Positions 1 through 13,690 are shown, counted from the whole stretch's first letter. The stretch: 63,891 nt of DNA, filler included, from Octopus bimaculoides (GCF_001194135.2; 7 parts of 7 records of this genome joined end to end with filler, not necessarily neighbours in it), one strand, 5' to 3'. The notes: generated by a model from the letters alone, not told the origin. Numbers and translations are program-made.

Positions 1-64
1 CTAAAATTAGAAAAAAACATAATAGAAGGATTCCTTCTAGTTTTCCTCTCACTCAGAAAAAGTG

Positions 65-225
65 TTTTGCCGTATTTGTTCCGGTTCTTTACGTTCTGAG
101 CTCAAATCTCGCCGGAGCCAACTTTGCCTTTCAGCTTTTCGCAGTCGATTAGATACCGTACGATTTAAGAACTGATGCTGGTGTAATCACCTCACCCCAT
201 TCTCTCATATGTGCTAGCCTTCTGC
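65..225 (+). mobile_element. SINE family A, degraded partial copy
   Basis: Matches the recurring motif acgttctgagttcaaat...actttgcctttca...gtcgat seen in more than 10 other copies in the window. Confidence 0.7.
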
Positions 226-934
226 CTAAATAAGAAACAGTTATTAAGTCGTAGGTTGCCTGGAACCGAAAACTACTAACTTAAGTAAATATATTTAACT
301 GGGCCGTAGCTTAGCAAAAGTGCTTGCTACCAATGGGTCTCCTAAACAAAATACCAGGCTATTATTGGCGATATCCCTCAAAAATTTGTCTACCTGTCTA
401 TTCTCAAGCGCTTATTAAACTGAAGCACTTAAATTTAACTGTATTATCTATAAAACGCCATAAACACTTGTGGAATTAATCTCAAAGTCCACTCGCTCTG
501 TAATTGTATACGAACTTATGACTCTCCCGCTAGGAAAACCAAAAACTCATATTATGCATTCAATCATTGTAACTCCTCATTTCAGCTAATACTAATATTT
601 CATTTCTTAGCTTCTGGATGCATTATTCATGATAGTGAAATATAGATAAGCTCATATTCCGCATAATTTCTTCGCTTGGCTTATTGAAATGACTCAGCAG
701 TGGCTTCAAGAAGATTTCAGTAGGAATGAGTAAAGTAATATCCCAAAGCTGGATCAGTAATATATCTAAATTAGATCTTCGACAACAACTGCGAGTTTAT
801 CTATTTATTTATTTATTTATTCATTCATTCATTCATTTATTTACTTATTTATTTCTATGTGGATAACATCATCATACGACTATTGCAAGTATTCGATGTC
901 GCTGTTGCTGTCTATATTCATTAAATGTATGTAT

Positions 935-1019
935 GTATGTATGTATGTATGAGTGTGTGTGTGTGTGTGAGCGCACGCGCGTTTTTGCTGTCTTTGTCTC
1001 TCTAGATATATGTGTTTTT

Positions 1020-1063
<44 letters not shown>

Positions 1064-1095
1064 CGTGCATGTGCACGCGTATGTGTGCGTGTGTG
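935..1095. repeat. (ATGT)n/(TG)n compound microsatellite
   Basis: Direct reading; explains ORFs 880..1290 and 933..1124. Confidence 0.95.
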
Positions 1096-1611
1096 AGTAT
1101 TTAAATATTTCGTGCTATGCTTAGAAGCGATGCTTTTTACCAGAATGTTCGAATCGAGTTGAAGAGAAATAAAACTAACAGTAAGATGGAAACATTTAGT
1201 TTTACTTACTTCAAATTTATTTGTATTTGAAAAGTTTTCTCTTTCTTTTTTAATTGCAAAATCTTTGGACGAATCCTGACTACGACACACAATAAGCGCT
1301 TCAAGATTATATTCCCAATCAGATAAACCGCTTTGAATAACATTTTAGCAAGTTGACAGTGATTTCATTTGTGTCGTAAACCATCTACTATTTCTGTCAG
1401 GCCCCCTCCCCTGATGCCCCAAGTACATTCTTATGTTGCTTAATGTTTAGTCCAGCACTGGGTACCAATCACAACAGTCCTTTCCCCATAAACGAAATGT
1501 TGAGCGAGGGACTAGCAACTGCTTTTCACAAAATAAAGAAATGATATACTACTGAACCTGCTCATGATCACTTTGATATGAAAATGCTTAGAAGCGGTAG
1601 TGGTTGTCGTA

Positions 1612-1624
1612 TTAGTATTAGTAT

Positions 1625-1676
<52 letters not shown>

Positions 1677-1760
1677 TATATACATACACATGCACATACG
1701 CATATACATATGCATATACACACACATATATGTGCATATCTTTACACCACACACATGCAT
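1612..1760. repeat. (TAG)n plus (CA/TA)n microsatellite
   Basis: Direct reading. Confidence 0.95.
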
Positions 1761-1955
1761 ATGTGTATATAGTTGAAATTTACAGAAAAACAAAAGACGA
1801 AGACAAGTGTTTAAACAAGCAGGTGTATTAGTTTGACGCTTGGGAAAGTGAGAAAGTCGTTTACGTTTCTAGCCTACGCTCTTCAACAGAAAGGAACACG
1901 GGGTAATAAACAGAGAGAGAATAAAAAACTTGTGGATTTAGCGATCAATCAGGGC

Positions 1956-2002
<47 letters not shown>

Positions 2003-2104
2003 CATATATAGACAGACAAATAGAGAGACAGATAGATAAATAGAAATAGACAGATACGTGTGTGTGTGTATGTGTGTGTATGTGTGTGTGCGTGTGTGTG
2101 TAAA

Positions 2105-3020
2105 CATACATTCTCCTATCGAGGAAGGATACCTATATGGTCAGATACACGTTTTGCAAACAACTTGCAAGTGATACCAGTCAAAAACTTCGCATACAGG
2201 AAGCCAGCAAGCTTATGGGGTCATCAGGAGGGAATGCGCGCCGTTTCGGGGCCCACTCCTGACGGCACCATTGCGCATCGGCCACCCTCACTGATATGAG
2301 GCCCCGCTCGCTAGATCAACTGGTTATCAGATATAGCTCAATATTCTTCTAGCCATCGCTCATCATCTCTTTTTAACAAAATTCAGTGGCTAGCGTTTTC
2401 CACTGTAGTTTGAATATCGTTCATAATGGTATTTGCTTTACGAAAAGTTAGCCCTAACGATAACAACAGTCGCCTCACAATGCGTCCATCGAATCCTCTA
2501 CATGCGACTTCGATTGGAAAATGCTCCGCTCTCCAGCCCACGTATTCACATTCCTCGAGGAGGTTTACATAACGGTCAATCTTTCGTGTTCGAGCGGCGT
2601 CCATGTTATCTTCATGAGGAACCGTTAACTCGACTAGATTCACCGCTTCCTTTCTTTCACTGCACATTATAATATCCGGATTTTTCGTAACCGGGATTGG
2701 GAAGAATCCTTGATGTCCTGGTAAATCTGCAGCCATCTCCCAATAGCCGTTCCACTTTTTATCACTCACAGCAAATTTCTTCTTCTTGAAATGGATCTGC
2801 TGTCCTGAGTGCACGAAGGTAATGAAATCTCTGGTTCGTTCTTTCGATGGTTTTGTTCCGCTGTTAATGAGAGCAATTTGGTTCTTTATAGCATTGAAGA
2901 TAACCTTAAGGACCAGATTGTGTCTCCATGTATATCTATTCAATGCTAGTGAACAGTTGGAAAGAACATGTTTCAGTGTTCCAACTTTTCCACATTTGCA
3001 TATATCATTAGAATTAAGTG
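2105..3020 (-). mobile_element. 5'-truncated HERO-like non-LTR retrotransposon (restriction-like endonuclease end plus 3' UTR)
   Basis: Minus strand reads CKCGKVGTLKHVLSNC (CCHC knuckle), RYTWRHNLVL, NPDI, LVELTVPHE, RK..RY, IEVACRGF. A TGG>TGA change at 2383 truncates ASH(W)ILLKRDDERW. Confidence 0.85.
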
Positions 3021-3343
3021 ATCAAGTCTATGATGTGTTACATAACCTATATACGGGTGTATATGTATATAGCATTAAAGGAGAACAAAAGTTCTAAACA
3101 ACATATGAAAGGATATGAGGGTGTATGTCTGTGTGAGCTCACCCGTGTGTTGACATCACATAGCAGAAGCACCACAAATGCATTTACTATCAATATATAA
3201 ACACACACAAACGCAAACATATGCACAAACCACATTTTAGACATCCACACACGCATATACGTATGCGTACTTACAAATCTACATGCGTAGGTACAGACAT
3301 ATACACGCGTGTGCGTCACATACGCACACACACAGACACACAC

Positions 3344-3375
<32 letters not shown>

Positions 3376-4267
3376 GCACGCACACTCTCTCTCTGTCACA
3401 CACAAACACGCACACATACCCCAAAACGTAAATGCATAGCATAGAGAATGCCCGTATGAAAGCAAATATACACACAGTCGTGCAGATGAACGCATCCAAG
3501 CATTAAAAAAGCTCTCTCGCACACACACATACACGCACATACACACGAATACACACACACACACACACACACACATGCACACATGTACACACGCACACAC
3601 ACACGTGCACACAAATACACACACATATAATTACACACATACGTTCATATACATCCATCTTGCACACTTAGAAACACGCCGACAGCACTTTGCACTTAAT
3701 ATGTTTTCTTCACATATATTGAAATAAACACGTGTCTGCAATTATTACAGTGATTTATAATTGGAAGACTGAAAGCAGGGAAGGATAGAGATAAATAGAT
3801 AGAACTGGAGTTGGGAAAACCCTATATACTTCATGATTCAAACATAACATAAAGTACTTAACGCGACATACAAGTAGTTAGAGTAACAAATATATTTTCC
3901 TATTTTCCTCTGGCTTCATACCATGGAAATGAAAGAAATTCGTTTTTTTTTTCCTTCAATTTTCATTCTTATCAGCTTTCTGATCAGAGCGATTTTAATT
4001 TGTTTTACTTAAGTCGCTTATGACTTTGAACAAAGTATATACATTTTAATATTTCCAGTCTTGTGTAGCACAGCAATAGTATTTGAAATCTTGAGAACTA
4101 CGGTGTCAAAATGGCTTATGAAAACCACTTATCCCATAGACCAATCACGTTTGCAATAATCATGTTGGGTAACTTTCTATCGGGTAGCCTTATCCTATTA
4201 CATTACTGCTCGCTTTCCGATCTTCATCCTGAATATTTATTGCTCTGTCACCTCATACTCGTGCATT

Positions 4268-4630
4268 GGTTTCTAACTATTTTTTTTATCTATGGACTCC
4301 TTTGATGACAATTTTGTTCTGGTGGACCCCATAGCTAGTTTCATAGATAATTCTTTCAAAATTAAACCTTGGGAGTGGCATTATGCCAGTAATAAACACA
4401 CGAAATACACATACGAAATCTTTCAAAATTCCTATTTTGTTTATCACACATTCATTTGTGTGGGCCGAACAATGCAAAACCCCAGAGAAGGAAACCTAGT
4501 TGTTTCTTGCAATAAATACAGCTAAAGCAAAGTTTTTTCATGGACCCATAAAATGCTACCTGTGGATCCCATTTACTATTTTGCTTGTGTGGAGCCCCAT
4601 AAATCTTACATGGATCCCCAAGAGGTCATA
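4268..4630. mobile_element. Degraded hAT (Charlie-like) MITE, same family as 17974-18323
   Basis: Shared internal blocks tggacccc, caaaattcctattttg, gaaacctag.tgtttcttgcaat, tcttacatgga. Confidence 0.7.
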
Positions 4631-4634
4631 TGAA

Positions 4635-4895
4635 TTCTGGTGGTTAGAGTGTTGCATTCACGGTCGTGAGACCGTGGTTTCAATACTTAGACCGGATGGT
4701 ACGTTGTGTTCTCGAGGAAAACATTTAATCTCACGTTGCTCAGCGATTACCTCGACACCTGACGTGTGGTACATGGTGCACCTGTTCGGGTAACGTCGAT
4801 TTGATGGAGAGAGTGAACTAATGTAGAGGTACATACATTTGATCACTTTAAACTAATCATTTGTGCAGGTCGTTCGGCATGAAATTGCGGAACCG
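4635..4895 (+). mobile_element. tRNA-derived SINE family D
   Basis: Pol III A box (gtggttag) and B-box-like gtttcaatac; body nearly collinear with 36428-36680. Confidence 0.75.
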
Positions 4896-4947
4896 TCTTT
4901 CTTGGACAACAAAAGACTACCATCATCTCATACTCTTTTTCACTGTT

Positions 4948-5160
4948 TATTTCAAATCTTGGCACAGTGGTAGCAATTTCGGAGGAGGAGATAAGTCTAT
5001 TACATCAATCCCAGTACTAAACTGGTACTTATTTTATTGACTCCGAAAGGATGAAATGCAAAGTCAACCTCGATGGCATTTGAACTCAGAACGTAAGGAC
5101 GTATGAAATGCCGCGAAGCATTTTGCCCGGCGTACTATCCATTCTGCCAGCTCGCCGCCT
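4948..5160 (-). mobile_element. SINE family A, full length
   Basis: Reverse complement of ggcggcgagctggcaga...gagttcaaat...gaggttgactttgc...ttcatcctttcgg. Confidence 0.9.
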
Positions 5161-5183
5161 TCACTACTCTATATTAACAACGA

Positions 5184-5187
<4 letters not shown>

Positions 5188-5241
<54 letters not shown>

Positions 5242-5335
5242 GCACACGCACACACACACACATACACACACACGCACACACACACATACACACACACTTA
5301 CACGCACACAAACACACATACACAAACACATATGC
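5188..5335. repeat. (CA)n microsatellite
   Basis: Direct reading. Confidence 0.95.
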
Positions 5336-7764
5336 ATACCCAATAGTTTGTACAGAATAACACAACCCTTCAATTCGCTTTCACTTTCCGACTGCAGCTT
5401 CATCAACCGCAGTCAGTATAAACCAAAACAGGAGACTTTATGTGGATACGAGACAAATCTCTGTCAAACAAAGACTCTTTAAAAACAAAGGATTCAATGC
5501 ATTCAATGGTTTAGCTGTGTATTTTGGAAGGAAGACGGCGCACTGCAGAACATTGTACGTTGGCGATATAGATTAACATACAGTTCCATGTAAGACAAAC
5601 GTGTGGAATATATCTTCTCTTATGATAAATCTGCTTTACTCGAGCTACGCAACAACAGCAACAACAACAATAACAACTACTACTACTACTACTACTACTA
5701 TTACTACTGCTGCTGCTGCTGCTGCTTGTGCCGCTGCAGCTTGTGTTGCTGGTGCTGCTGCTACAGCTTTCGCCAGGCGCACTTTCTCATTAGCAGCAAC
5801 GAAAATCAAAGCTTCCATATCCTCGCCCTACATAAAACAATTTTCACAAAACATCTCCATGAACAGACTATTAATCTCTTTATCCCCGACTGATAACACC
5901 AACAGTCATTTTTTTTTTAACGTTCTATGATAACTGTGGTTGCAAAATATGTGTTTGAAAGGGTTTATTACAAAGTTTGAAGTGCCAGATGTTTTTTTTT
6001 TTTTTTTGAATGTTCAGAGTAAAATAACTAAACTGGATACTGTACTTCACTTATTATACGATCTTTATACTTCATTTATTATCGTATGCCAGATCATGGT
6101 TGCTGGAGTAGCACAAATGACAACCTAATCAACCATTGCAACTTTTTCCTGTCTTATAATTCTAGTTAGACAGATCTGATTGTAGCTGATGAATAGGAGA
6201 CAGGCACTAAGGCAATGTCGGCTAAGAGGTCAATATCGAACCCCTGGAGTCTATGTGGCTAAACAAGAGCTCCATAAACACTTAATATTCCGATGTTATG
6301 AAGTTACTATAACTGAAGTTTTATTGTTCTTTATCAATTTCATTAAGTGTTTCCATTAAATTTCTTTTCTTCGCCATATCGCGGTTCACTTTAGGCGGTT
6401 TATTATTTAAGCTTACGTCGATTCCTCTATGGTGTTGTTTTGCATTCATAATAAAATTAATACTCACAAATTATAAAAATAATAAAAAAATGTACAGCAC
6501 AATACTACTTCTACTTCAAAAGCAGTAATAACACAAAAGAACGAAAGAATTCTTGGTTTTAAACCATTTAATTTTTTCATAAATTATACTTTTTGATTTT
6601 GTTTTGGAAGTTTACATGATGGGAGGGGTCGATACCTTATCAACGGCTCCATGAAGAGGCTAATGGTATGAGAATTTTGCCAACCCCTGCTCTAAGGTTA
6701 GCATAATACAGATTGCTTAAGATGTCACAACTTCATTTCTTTATAATTCAATTTTAATAACAGTTGTTATTTTTTATATACACTCCCAGAAAGAATAAAA
6801 CACTCGATTGAATCGATTCATTACTGATAATTATTTTATCAACTCCAGCGAAAGGAGTGAATTCCAATGTGTTTAAATCTTAGTTCGGCAATTTCAGATT
6901 ACACCCACCACCCCTTTACTGTACGGTAAGTTGAAATTGCGTTAAGATTATGGGTGCATTTGCGTACACCGTTTCTAATACAATGAGTGTTCTGACACAA
7001 CTTAACAGGTGGATTCTTAATCGCGTATGTTGTTACTCCATTTGTTTTCCATGTTATTTTTTTCAATCATAAAATGACAATTAAGAAGCAAACATGAGAA
7101 ACAAATAGGGTAACCACAATCACGAAACTGAAAACCCATCACCTATGTCGAGTCAGAACATCGTACGATTTTGCCCCATTGCGCTAAAATAGCAACAACG
7201 AGCCAGAAACCAGAGTATTTGCCAATGCCTCTGACTGTCACTCTCGTATTAATTCTACCCCATTTATTGCTGTGCAAATCTATAGACAGATGCATGTAAC
7301 ACTCATTCTACTTGTCGCTTCACCCTATATCATGAAAACGACATAAGACTACATATCGGAGAAGACTTCCTCTAACTGCTGTTTTGGGAACAAATTGAAC
7401 GCCCGTCCACAGTTTACGAGGCTGAAGCATGTAACTTTTATCCTTGTCCGTTCTTGGACAAAACCTTTAGTCAAGGAGACGCAATATTTTGTGACAAATC
7501 TCTTACAGGCTTCCTTCTCCGATTGCATTCTATCCATTTGCAAAAATTTCATTTGATAATATCGATAAAATTGTTTCTAATGTTACTAACATCCTCGTTT
7601 GGTAAAATGTAAGTGCGAATTTTATTTTTGTTGTTGTTATTCTTGCTGCCTAAAACGGCGCTAGAATTGACTTTACTAGTATTAAAGTCTACAGAAATAT
7701 CACCATTTCCTTCCTTCAAAACATGGATCTCGTTGCAAAATACTTTTCCATATCTTGTGTGCGT

Positions 7765-7782
7765 GTGTGTGTGAGAGAAAGA

Positions 7783-7848
<66 letters not shown>

Positions 7849-7888
7849 GAGAGAGAAAGAGAAGAAGGGAACAGAAAGAAGTGAGAGA

Positions 7889-7920
<32 letters not shown>
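7765..7920. repeat. (GA)n microsatellite
   Basis: Direct reading. Confidence 0.95.
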
Positions 7921-7925
<5 letters not shown>

Positions 7926-8199
7926 GGTTTTGTTAATATTAGTTTGCTATTGCAATGTAAAACAAGATGTATGAAAAGCATTTTTTTTCACCTCAAGCAG
8001 GGGAGAAAGAAACGTTTAATTTCTCTTTCTAATAAATCTAGAAATATTCTTCCAGTTGTTAAAAACAATCCATAATATATAAATCCAAACGGGAATAATA
8101 AACCATCTTACTAGGGCAAGAGTAAACAATAATAATAATTACTTAACTACCAATATTAATAATTAAGCTGCCACTACACCTCGTAGTGCATGATGTATA

Positions 8200-9456
8200 T
8201 AAGGTTGAGTAAAAAGTAAGCAACGTTTTGAAACATGATATTCATCACAATATATTTCAACAATGCGAAAATTCTATTCATCAAAGTAAGTACCATTACA
8301 ATCAACACATTTTTGCCAACGAGTTACAAGTTTGTTTATTCCGTTAACAAAAATCTAGAGTTCTGGAGCTGATGAACTCTTTGAACGCACTTTCAGCATT
8401 GGTTTGGTTTTTGAACTCCTTCTCTCGCAAGAAACCATCAAGGTGCTTGAAAAAGTGGTAGTCGGTAGGAGAAAGGTCTGGGGAGTAAGTTGGGTGGAGA
8501 AGAACTTCATAGCCAAGTTCCCTCAACTTCTGGAACGTCATTAAAGAAACGTGTGGTCGAACATTGTCGTGACGAATGATTGGCCCTTTTCTGTTGACCA
8601 GTCTAGGACGGAGGAGTAGCATTTTTTCGTTCATTTTGGCAATTTCATGGTAATATGTTTCTGCAGTAATGGTTTTTCCGGGTTTTAAGAAGTTATAGTG
8701 CATGAGTCCAGCAGTTAATCACCAAACAGTCACCATAACCTTCTTTTTGAAAACTGGGCTTAAGGAAGGTTTTCGGTGCTTCATTTTGGTCCAATCACTG
8801 CGAAGAACGTTTTTTATTATTCTACAGAATTCACTTTTCATCGCAAGTTACAATACGTTCAAGAAATGGATCGGTCTGGTTACGGAGAAGTGACGAGCAA
8901 ATTTCATACCTGCGCATTTTCTGATTTTCATTCAAATCGTGTGTTACCCATTTGTCGAGCTTTTTTGATTTTCTGATAGCATGCAAATAGTTGCAGGCAA
9001 TTTTCTGGCTAACTTTTGTTCTTTTGCCAGTTCTCGAGTGGTTTTACGTGGATTTTTCTCAATGACAGTCTTTAATTGATCGTCATCGATGACAGATGGG
9101 CGTCATCTGTCATCTTCAAGGCCCAGGTCTCCACTGCGAAATAGTTTAACCATTCTCGAGTTGATCACTCACTGGTTATGTCTTTATCAAATGTTTCGTT
9201 GATATCGCGAGCAGTTTCAGCTGCTCTACGTCCTTTTTTGAAGTTCAATAGCAAAATTGCTCGAATACCGCGCTTTGACAGTTCCATTCCAGATGACTTT
9301 AAAAAAAAAATCAATATTGATTTATTGAGGCATTTTGGCATGTCTATGTATTATCAGACAATTGCAAATAAATGTTTTAAAATATTCAAAACTCTGCAAA
9401 AATGCGGTACAAATCCTTCATAGTTCAAAACGTTGCTTACTTTTTACTCAACTCGA
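8200..9456 (-). mobile_element. Near full-length mariner (DD34D, Hsmar1/cecropia-like) transposon
   Basis: Perfect 29-bp TIRs gttgagtaaaaagtaagcaacgttttgaa (8204-8232) and its reverse complement (9424-9452); about 1.26 kb. Confidence 0.93.
8274..9287 (-). pseudogene. Mariner transposase pseudogene
   Basis: MELSKRGIRAILLLNFKKGRRAAETARDIN, KWVTHDL, HDNVRPH, YSPDLSPTDYHFF, GINKLVTRWQKCVDCNGTYFDE*; internal stops and frameshifts. Confidence 0.92.
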
Positions 9457-10579
9457 TGTTATCTGTTAGTTGACTTTGTTGATTAGATAAACTGCAAGGC
9501 GAGTTACGCTAAGTGATAGATAGAATGTGTCTGAAATGCTATTTTACTTGCTGACTATGGTTTCTTCTAAGATTCTGGGACTAGCTTTCAATGTATATTC
9601 CGTTTGTTTTAAGTAATAAACGTATCACGAGTAGTCAGCATAAGAATTTATCATTTTAGTTAAATAAGAGAGAGAGAGGAGGGGGGAGAAAGAGAGAAAG
9701 AATGACGAGAGAGAAAGAAAGGAAAGAAAGTGTGTGTGTGTGTGTGCATAATGTAAACACTGCAGATGTAATATGAAATTAGGTTCTGGCTATCTCTAGG
9801 GGGAACATGAAATTGATTTCACACTACCGAAACTTAACTTAAAGGGCAACTTGAAGTCTTTGCATCGGAACCGAATTTATAACTCATTTAGAATTGAACA
9901 GTGCATCAGTCAACTCTACAGTCCTATGTAAGTTAATCAATATGAAAATATTTAACTCTCTTCCAAAGTATGATTGCTTCTATTCCTTTGATTGTTTCTT
10001 CAGAAGTAAACGTTCTCAATTCATACTTTACATCATATAATTGAAAATATTAGAATTTCCATGACAATAAAATTTATAATAAAAGATAGTACGAACCGTG
10101 AAACCTTGACAAAAGAAATAACAGTTTTATATTTATTGAAGGCAATGTATTGAAAAGGTCCAAGTTTTGCATATCAAATCGAAAGTAAATGGTACTAATA
10201 TCGGAATATGATTTTGAATGCAGCTGCATATTTTACGGTGTACTACAAGGGTTAAAATTTTGGTTCCTCTTACAAGTTATACAAGTGATATACATTCTCA
10301 GAAAACATGAAATATCATTTCAGCTGATGATATTAGTCTGATAAGACCATAAAAAGGGACAAAAATATAACGTACGAATAAAACAATATTCATTGGAAAT
10401 TTTCTAAGAATATATGAATAACTATTGACAAACGTGGTGACAAGCACCGTAAAGTGAAAGTTAAGAGTCTAACAAACCGAAACGGCATCATAGTGTCGCC
10501 CTCACCTCACGTACAATCCTTATACTATTGAGAAAATACTTGAATTCCACTACACCTATTTTTTTCTCCTTAAAGTATT

Positions 10580-10788
10580 GGTTTCAAATTTTGGCACCAA
10601 GCTAGCAATTTCGGGCAGAGGACAAGTTGATTACATTGTCCCCAGTGCTCAACTGGTACTTAATTTATCGACTCAGAAAAGATGACAGAAAAAGTCGACC
10701 CCAGTGGCATTTGAACACATTTCGTAAAGGACGAAATACTGCTAAGCACTTTACCCGGCGTGCTAACGATTCTGCCAGCTCGTCACCT
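10580..10788 (-). mobile_element. SINE family A
   Basis: Full-length reverse copy. Confidence 0.88.
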
Positions 10789-11199
10789 TATTTACTCCTT
10801 AAAATATTGGTCATTTTAGACAGTTAAAAGAAATAACTTTGGTAAAACCTGAACGCTTTCAAAGATACGTTTATATGATACAGTTTCGATTCCCGATTGA
10901 GCTACTTATTTTGCGCTGTCTAATTCCTATTTAAAGACTTGATCGCCAGTGCCTCTATTTTCCTCAAAAAGCCACAACTTCCTGAGGAAATTAGAAGCAA
11001 CATGTCACTGTATCTACGACCAAGATGTTTGATTCTCAAAATCCCCTTCTATGTGAGGAACAATACATTGGGTCAAATATATAATTGCACGGTATCTCGA
11101 TCCGTTGTGGTGCTAATTTCAATTCTTTCCATACACAAAATATTTAATTGTCTGGTGTCTGATGGAGACAGTGATTTATCTCTTAAACGTACTATATAT

Positions 11200-11415
11200 T
11201 GATTTCAAGTCTTGGCACAAGGATAACGATTCTGATAGAGGGCATAAGTCTATTATATCGACCCCCAGAGATCAACTGGTACATATTTAATCGACCCCGA
11301 AGGAATGAAAGGCAAAGTCGACCTCGGAGGAATTTGAAATCAAAACGTAGAGACGGACGAAATACTGCTAAGCATTTTGCCCGGCGTGCTAACTATTCTG
11401 CTTGCTCACCGCCTT
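11200..11415 (-). mobile_element. SINE family A
   Basis: Full-length reverse copy. Confidence 0.9.
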
Positions 11416-11782
11416 AAACGTATGTTATGTTAGAATCTGTAATAAACGGCCGTACACTAGGGCACCTTGTCTGCGATAATGGATTGATCATTAACACCAA
11501 CTACAATGATGTCACAACAATATCAGCAACAACAGATACAACGAAAGGAACAAGGCAGTGACACGATCTTGTAGAAACTGCTTGAATCACTGCTTCATGT
11601 GTTTGAAACGATGAAAATAATGGACAACATAGTCTTAGATTTATAAAAGGTGAGAACAATAATGTCAAGCATCCATAATTTCTGAAATGATGTACTGCAA
11701 GGATCCGTCGTCTTACTCAATGCGCACGACTTTCTCCAACCCACCGTGATCTACATTCAACTGTACATGTAGATGATCATGT

Positions 11783-11965
11783 CCGGTAAGTTCACCGTCA
11801 TCAATTCACCGTTTTTCTTTTTCAATAAAATAGTTTTTAACTATTAATGATGAGATACTATGGATATATTTTCTCGGTAAAGTTTTCTCGCGGTGAACAT
11901 TTCTCACGGTGAATTGATGGTGGTGAACTTTCCCTGCGGTGAATTGATGGCGGTAAACTTACTTG
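11783..11965. mobile_element. Foldback-type MITE
   Basis: Left gtaagttcaccgtcatcaattcaccg is inverted to right cggtgaattgatggcggtaaacttac; subterminal cggtgaa units repeated. Confidence 0.65.
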
Positions 11966-12263
11966 TAATAGCAGATGATACCATTTACCTTTTCTCACTA
12001 TGTATTCCCCCCAGACATGATTGCACGGCTACTACATTCCTGCACCAACCAGATCCTAAGCACCAACACAATTCTAAGCACATAATCTAAAAACAGTAGC
12101 CGTCAAATCCATCATCTCCCGTTCATACTTGTAACATCAAGGAGTATCAAATACACTCAACTATCCCGCAGACTTTTCATAGAGATACTAATTGTACGTT
12201 TACAACATTTATAGCATAGTGAAAAATGCAAATGATGCATAAGCTCTCTAAAAGTACACACAA

Positions 12264-12720
12264 GCGCAGAGGCATGCCTGTGTGGTAAGAAACTTGCTTC
12301 CCAACCTCATGATTCCAGGTTCAGTCCCTTTGTGTGGAACCTTGGGCAGTGTCTTCTACAATAATCTCGGGCCAACTAAAGCCTTGTGAGTGGATTTGTT
12401 AGACGGAAACTGAAAGAAGCCCGTCATATATATATATGTATATATTTCTATATGTGTGTTTGTGTGCGTGTGTGTGCGTGCGTGCGTGTGCGTGTGCGTG
12501 TGTATGTGTGTGTCTTTGTGTCTTTGTCCCCACCACCGCTTGAAAACCGGTGTTGGTGTGTCTGCGTCCCGGTAACTTAGCGGTTCGGTAAAAGAGACTG
12601 ATAGAATAAGTACCAGGCCGGACAAAGAAAAGGTCCTGGGGTGGATTTGTTCGACTAAAAATCTCTTCGAGGCGATGCCCCAGTATGGCCGTAGTCAAAC
12701 GGCTGAAACGAGTAAAAGAA
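12264..12720 (+). mobile_element. tRNA-derived SINE family B with internal (TA)/(TG) microsatellite
   Basis: Head tgtggtaagaaacttgcttcccaac...ggttcagtccc; tail ...cagtatggccgtagtcaaacggctgaaacgagtaaaag; recurs at 30515 and 33240. Confidence 0.9.
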
Positions 12721-12759
12721 AAAATAAAAGAAATATAAGAAAAATGCCATCAGCGGCAC

Positions 12760-13690
12760 CAGTGCACAAACAATATATAGGATCGAAACGCAAAGCCTCT
12801 CCAGCATTTCAGACCAACAATCCACTACCTCTGACATTGTCCCTTCCATTACTCTCAAACAATGCTCTTGAGAATTCACCCTTATCCTTATCAAACTGTT
12901 CAATCTCCTTCTCTCCTCTTCCCCTCTCTCTTTCTCGACATATTTCGATCTTGGAAACACACTACAGCATGATTAATTCCCAAGAAGAGTAAACTCTCTG
13001 ACCCTGCTAGCCATCGACCTTTAGCTCATTTAACATCTCAAAACAACCGCCTCCTGCAACATCTTCAACCTCTTTCCCTCTTTAATGAGAGACCAGATCT
13101 ACTCGCTACACCATACAGCAGCTGTTCCTTCCGCGTGAGAAATTTGGTAAAAATAATACCATTACGCATGTCATCAGCAAATAACTTAATTGTACCAGTC
13201 TGCTTATGAGCTCTGTCCGTCACTCACCCCACGGACTAGTAGCTTCCTATTACAGCGTATGCAGATTGAGGTTTATATGATCTATTCTCAATCAACACTG
13301 GTTTGTCCTATATTTGGTTAAGTCCCCCACATTTTTCTTTCTGTACATTTTAACCTGTAGCCTACAGATCCTTTTCTTTCAGTACGTTTTAATCTCGAGC
13401 TGGCAGACGCGTTACCTTTTCACTCAGTCTTTTCTGGCGCCACTGCAATTACCTCTGCTCAACTGTTTGCATACCATCTCTAACCGAACTTACTCGACTC
13501 GTTCGTGTTTCCTCCAATCATCAATTATACTATGTACAACTCCTGGGACTGTTTTTGTCTCCACTCTCACTCTTTCCTTCTTAAAGTACTTATCCGCTGG
13601 CATTGACCATTTCCCACCCGCGCATGGCATCGACATGCAATTGTTCAAGGATGCATCGGTCTTAACAGTCTCGGAGATCCAGCAAATGTG
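12760..13690 (-). mobile_element. Highly degraded LINE remnant, possibly L1/Tx1-like
   Basis: Purine-rich minus strand with broken frames; SMPCAGGKWSMP weakly resembles the P..GG...P motif downstream of L1/Tx1 RT. Confidence 0.3.

Noticed and set aside
2215-2270. GAAAC and CTGATGA motifs in the HERO 3' UTR (minus strand) as a type II hammerhead
   Set aside because: Only 15 nt separate GAAA from CUGAUGA and the stem II strands (cccc/cccc) cannot pair
7509-7608. Possible + strand exon (cag|...|gtaagt) with a signal-peptide-like stretch as an upstream exon of the channel gene
   Set aside because: No suitable in-frame ATG before the hydrophobic stretch and no similarity to Cys-loop exons
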